Source: Nanopusillaceae archaeon (GTDB lineage: Archaea; Nanobdellota; Nanobdellia; Nanobdellales; Nanobdellaceae). From it: a stretch of 9,319 nt of DNA. The stretch spans positions 1 to 9,319 of the forward strand of contig JBMFJL010000020.1 in assembly GCA_049973735.1 (NCBI GenBank), in the 5' to 3' direction. Shown piece after piece: positions 7,127-9,319 of the stretch (position 1 is the stretch's first letter; each line of letters begins with the position of its first letter). Below the pieces are notes generated by a model. The model was not told the DNA's origin. It ran no database searches and saw nothing but the letters and a program-made list of their open reading frames with translations. Made by a program: the position numbers and the translations under genes.

Positions 7127-7870
7127 TTTAAATTTTTTAGGAGAATTTATCTCTATAGATTTTTCTAGAGGAATATTGTTGTATATAGAATCTAACAAAA
7201 TCTTTATTATTATATTTATTCTATCTGGAACATTTTTAATACTTCCTTTGTATTCAATTCTTTTATGCGGTAGATCTATGTTTCTAAATAAATATTGGGT
7301 TGCATAATGCCATTTTACATCAACATCGACAATCCCTCCTAAAAGAAATAAATCGTATTTTTCTAAATCTTTATCTTCTAATATTTCATCACCATAAGGA
7401 TCTAAGATCACTGCTTTATATTTATAAAAATCAAAGTCTTCCTGTTTTTTATATATTTTTGTAAGGTTTTTACCAAGAAAAGAGTAATCTATATCACCAA
7501 TTAATATTAAATTTGTGTCAAACAAATATTCTCTTATGATTTTTAATGACTGAGATATTTGTGTTTTTAAACTTTCTTTTCCCTTATTAGATAACGCATT
7601 AAATAATGAATTGTCTATTAAGAATTTCTTTTCATTTTCAAGATCATTAAATATTTTTTCTTTATCAATATTTAATTCTTCTTTTGCATTTTCATTATAT
7701 TTCACTTCAATAAAGTTTTTATAAATTGTTTCACCATCATCCGAATATATTCTTTTTTTGTTTAATAAATATTTGACTAATATATCTTGTCCAATATATT
7801 TTTTACTTTTATCGTAATTTCTTACCGTTATATAATTTAAGTACTTGGATGCAATTTTTTCTAGTATCAT
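7118..7870 (-). CDS. Putative Trm10-family SPOUT tRNA (purine-9 N1) methyltransferase
   Basis: 250 aa after trimming. The C-terminal half parallels the Trm10 SPOUT core. KAVILDPYGDEILEDKDLEKYDLFLLGGIVDVD matches yeast [31 protein letters not shown], including the catalytic-region Asp. NIDLPHKRIEY...VPDRINIIIKILL matches IKTAKLPIDEYI...RKILTVNQVFEIL. Start trimmed from the ORF-track 7933 to ATG 7870 because codons 1-21 are antisense to tRNA-Val. Confidence 0.5.
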   Translation of the reverse strand: MILEKIASKYLNYITVRNYDKSKKYIGQDILVKYLLNKKRIYSDDGETIYKNFIEVKYNENAKEELNIDKEKIFNDLENEKKFLIDNSLFNALSNKGKESLKTQISQSLKIIREYLFDTNLILIGDIDYSFLGKNLTKIYKKQEDFDFYKYKAVILDPYGDEILEDKDLEKYDLFLLGGIVDVDVKWHYATQYLFRNIDLPHKRIEYKGSIKNVPDRINIIIKILLDSIYNNIPLEKSIEINSPKKFKLT

Positions 7871-7897
7871 AAATATTAGTTTTAAATAAATATTTAT

Positions 7898-7970
<73 letters not shown>

Positions 7971-7980
7971 CAAAAAACAA

Positions 7981-7990
7981 TTTAAAATAT
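7981..7990 (+). promoter_or_regulatory. TATA-like box (TTTAAAATAT) upstream of the HTH regulator gene
   Basis: Centred about 24 nt upstream of ATG 8009. Low specificity in AT-rich DNA. Confidence 0.3.
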
Positions 7991-8008
7991 TATAAGTATA
8001 ACATATTT

Positions 8009-8341
8009 ATGCCATTGAGATGTGAAGAGTTCTCGAAAAATATATTACCAATAATAAAAAGAGAAATAAGTATGATATTATACAAAAATTATAATTTGTC
8101 TCAAGAAGAAATAGCAAGAAAAATATATGTTACTCAAGCAGCAGTTTCACAATATATAAAAGGAGTTAGGGGAAGAAAGAAAATTGAGTTATCAAAAGAA
8201 GAAATTGAATTAATAAATAATTTAGCCAGAGAATTATATATAAATAAAAATAGTTATATAGATCATTATCAACATATACTTTGTAAAATATGTGAATTAA
8301 GATACAAAAACTTAAAATGTTCAATAAAAGTTATAGATTAA
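8009..8341 (+). CDS. Small archaeal HTH transcriptional regulator (XRE/Cro-like HTH, COG2522-like) with a Cys/His-rich C-terminus
   Basis: 110 aa. The HTH block LSQEEIARKIYVTQAAVSQYIKGVRG is characteristic of a widespread small archaeal regulator family. C5 plus H86-x2-H89-x2-C92-x2-C95-x8-C104 gives a possible metal site. Confidence 0.6.
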   Translation: MPLRCEEFSKNILPIIKREISMILYKNYNLSQEEIARKIYVTQAAVSQYIKGVRGRKKIELSKEEIELINNLARELYINKNSYIDHYQHILCKICELRYKNLKCSIKVID

Positions 8342-8342
8342 T

Positions 8343-9224
8343 ATGGGATTTAATCTATTTGATGTAAAATCTGTAGCCCTAATTGGTGCAACTAACAAAG
8401 AAGGTAAGGTTGGAAATGTAATATTAAAAAATTTGTTGAAAGAATTTAAAGGAAAAATATTTCCAGTAAATCCAAATTATGATAATTTGTATGGGCTAAA
8501 ATGTTATCCTTCCGTACTAGATATTGAAGATAATGTAGACTCTGTAATTGTTGCAATTCCTGCTGAAAATGTGCCTAAGGTAATTGAAGAATCGGGTAAA
8601 AAAGGAATTAGATTGGCTATAATAATATCTGCTGGATTTTCTGAGGTTGGGAGAAAAGATCTTGAAGAAAAAATATTGGAATATTCTAAAAAATATGGTA
8701 TAAGAATATTGGGACCAAATGGTATGGGTATATATGATCCTTATACAGGTTTAGACACATTTTTTGTTGATACAGATAGAATAAAAAGACCGAAAGAAGG
8801 AAAAATAGCCCTTTTATCACAATCTGGTGCAATATCTCTAGCAGCAATGGAATGGTTATCGAGTAAAGATATTGGTGTATCTAAAATAATTTCTTACGGG
8901 AATAAAATAGATTTAGATGAAGTAGATATATTAAAAGAATTAAAAGATGATCCTAACACAAAAGCAATATTTATATACATGGAGGGCTTAAAAGAAGGTA
9001 GGGGGAGGGAGTTTTTGAATGTTGTAAGTGAGATAGAGAAACCTGTGATAGTATTGAAATCTGGAAAAACAAAGAGAGGATCTTTAGCAGTTTTTTCTCA
9101 TACTGCATCTATGGCTGGGGATTATGAAATATATTCAAATTTATTTAAGCAGTATGATATAATAGAAGCAAAGAATATGAATGAGTTTATGATATATCTA
9201 AAAAGCATAAGTTACTATATATGA
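8343..9224 (+). CDS. acdA: ADP-forming acetyl-CoA synthetase (ACD) alpha subunit, N-terminal portion only (CoA-binding domain 1 plus domain 2 with phosphohistidine loop)
   Basis: SVALIGATNKEGKVGNVILKNL, IFPVNPNY, VDSVIVAIPAENVPKVIEESGKKGIRLAIIISAGFSE, GIRILGPNGMGI and FSHTASMAG (catalytic His loop) match the NDP-forming acyl-CoA synthetase alpha family. The ORF ends at TGA 9222-9224 after 293 aa, whereas typical alpha subunits are about 460 aa. Confidence 0.8.
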   Translation: MGFNLFDVKSVALIGATNKEGKVGNVILKNLLKEFKGKIFPVNPNYDNLYGLKCYPSVLDIEDNVDSVIVAIPAENVPKVIEESGKKGIRLAIIISAGFSEVGRKDLEEKILEYSKKYGIRILGPNGMGIYDPYTGLDTFFVDTDRIKRPKEGKIALLSQSGAISLAAMEWLSSKDIGVSKIISYGNKIDLDEVDILKELKDDPNTKAIFIYMEGLKEGRGREFLNVVSEIEKPVIVLKSGKTKRGSLAVFSHTASMAGDYEIYSNLFKQYDIIEAKNMNEFMIYLKSISYYI

Positions 9225-9225
9225 T

Positions 9226-9319
9226 ATGGTGATTTATATATATACAAATGGAGGTGGTGAAGGAGTCTTAGCCACAGATGCATTAGAAAAAATTGGAATA
9301 AATCTTGAAGAAACTCCCG
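9226..9319 (+). CDS. Continuation of ACD alpha (start of domain 5) in the +1 frame, partial at the window edge
   Basis: From ATG 9226 the sequence reads MVIYIYTNGGGEGVLATDALEKIGINLEETP..., matching the conserved ACD block xVAIxTNxGGPGVLAxDA that normally follows domain 2 in the same polypeptide. This frame is open from 9211. Confidence 0.6.
   Translation, partial: MVIYIYTNGGGEGVLATDALEKIGINLEETP

Noticed and set aside
9222-9260. TGA 9222 read through or recoded (Trp, Gly or Sec) so that the ACD ORF continues in frame 0.
   Set aside because: Frame 0 downstream reads YGDLYIYKWRW then another TGA and has no ACD similarity. The conserved TNGGGEGVLATDA block is unambiguously in the +1 frame.

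Overview
This is a very AT-rich archaeal chromosomal window. Two GC-rich tRNA genes stand out against the background, TATA-like boxes sit about 25 nt upstream of several start codons, and the archaeal marker genes present are Taw1/TYW1, ADP-forming acetyl-CoA synthetase (ACD), an eL39-like miniprotein and a tRNA-Gln with an A1-U72 pair. By inference only, this fits a thermophilic, small-genome lineage (Nanoarchaeota/DPANN-like). In order, the window contains: the tail of an upstream gene; a GT-B glycosyltransferase; PEP synthase (ppsA); a half-size FlaJ/TadC-like membrane protein; an eL39-like 41-aa ORF missing from the ORF track; Taw1 on the minus strand; tRNA-Gln(CUG); an orphan 271-aa protein; a Trm10-like SPOUT methyltransferase on the minus strand; tRNA-Val(CAC); a small HTH regulator; and an ACD alpha gene interrupted at a domain boundary. 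I see no CRISPR array, integrase, transposase or recognisable defence system, so the window looks mainly housekeeping. The points most worth a second look are: (1) the ACD alpha stop and restart at the domain 2/5 junction; (2) the orphan gene plus Trm10-like gene bracketed by two tRNA genes next to Taw1; (3) a relatively GC-rich intergenic patch with C/D-box sRNA geometry; and (4) the missed eL39-like ORF. All functional calls rest on motif recognition by eye, and no database search was possible.
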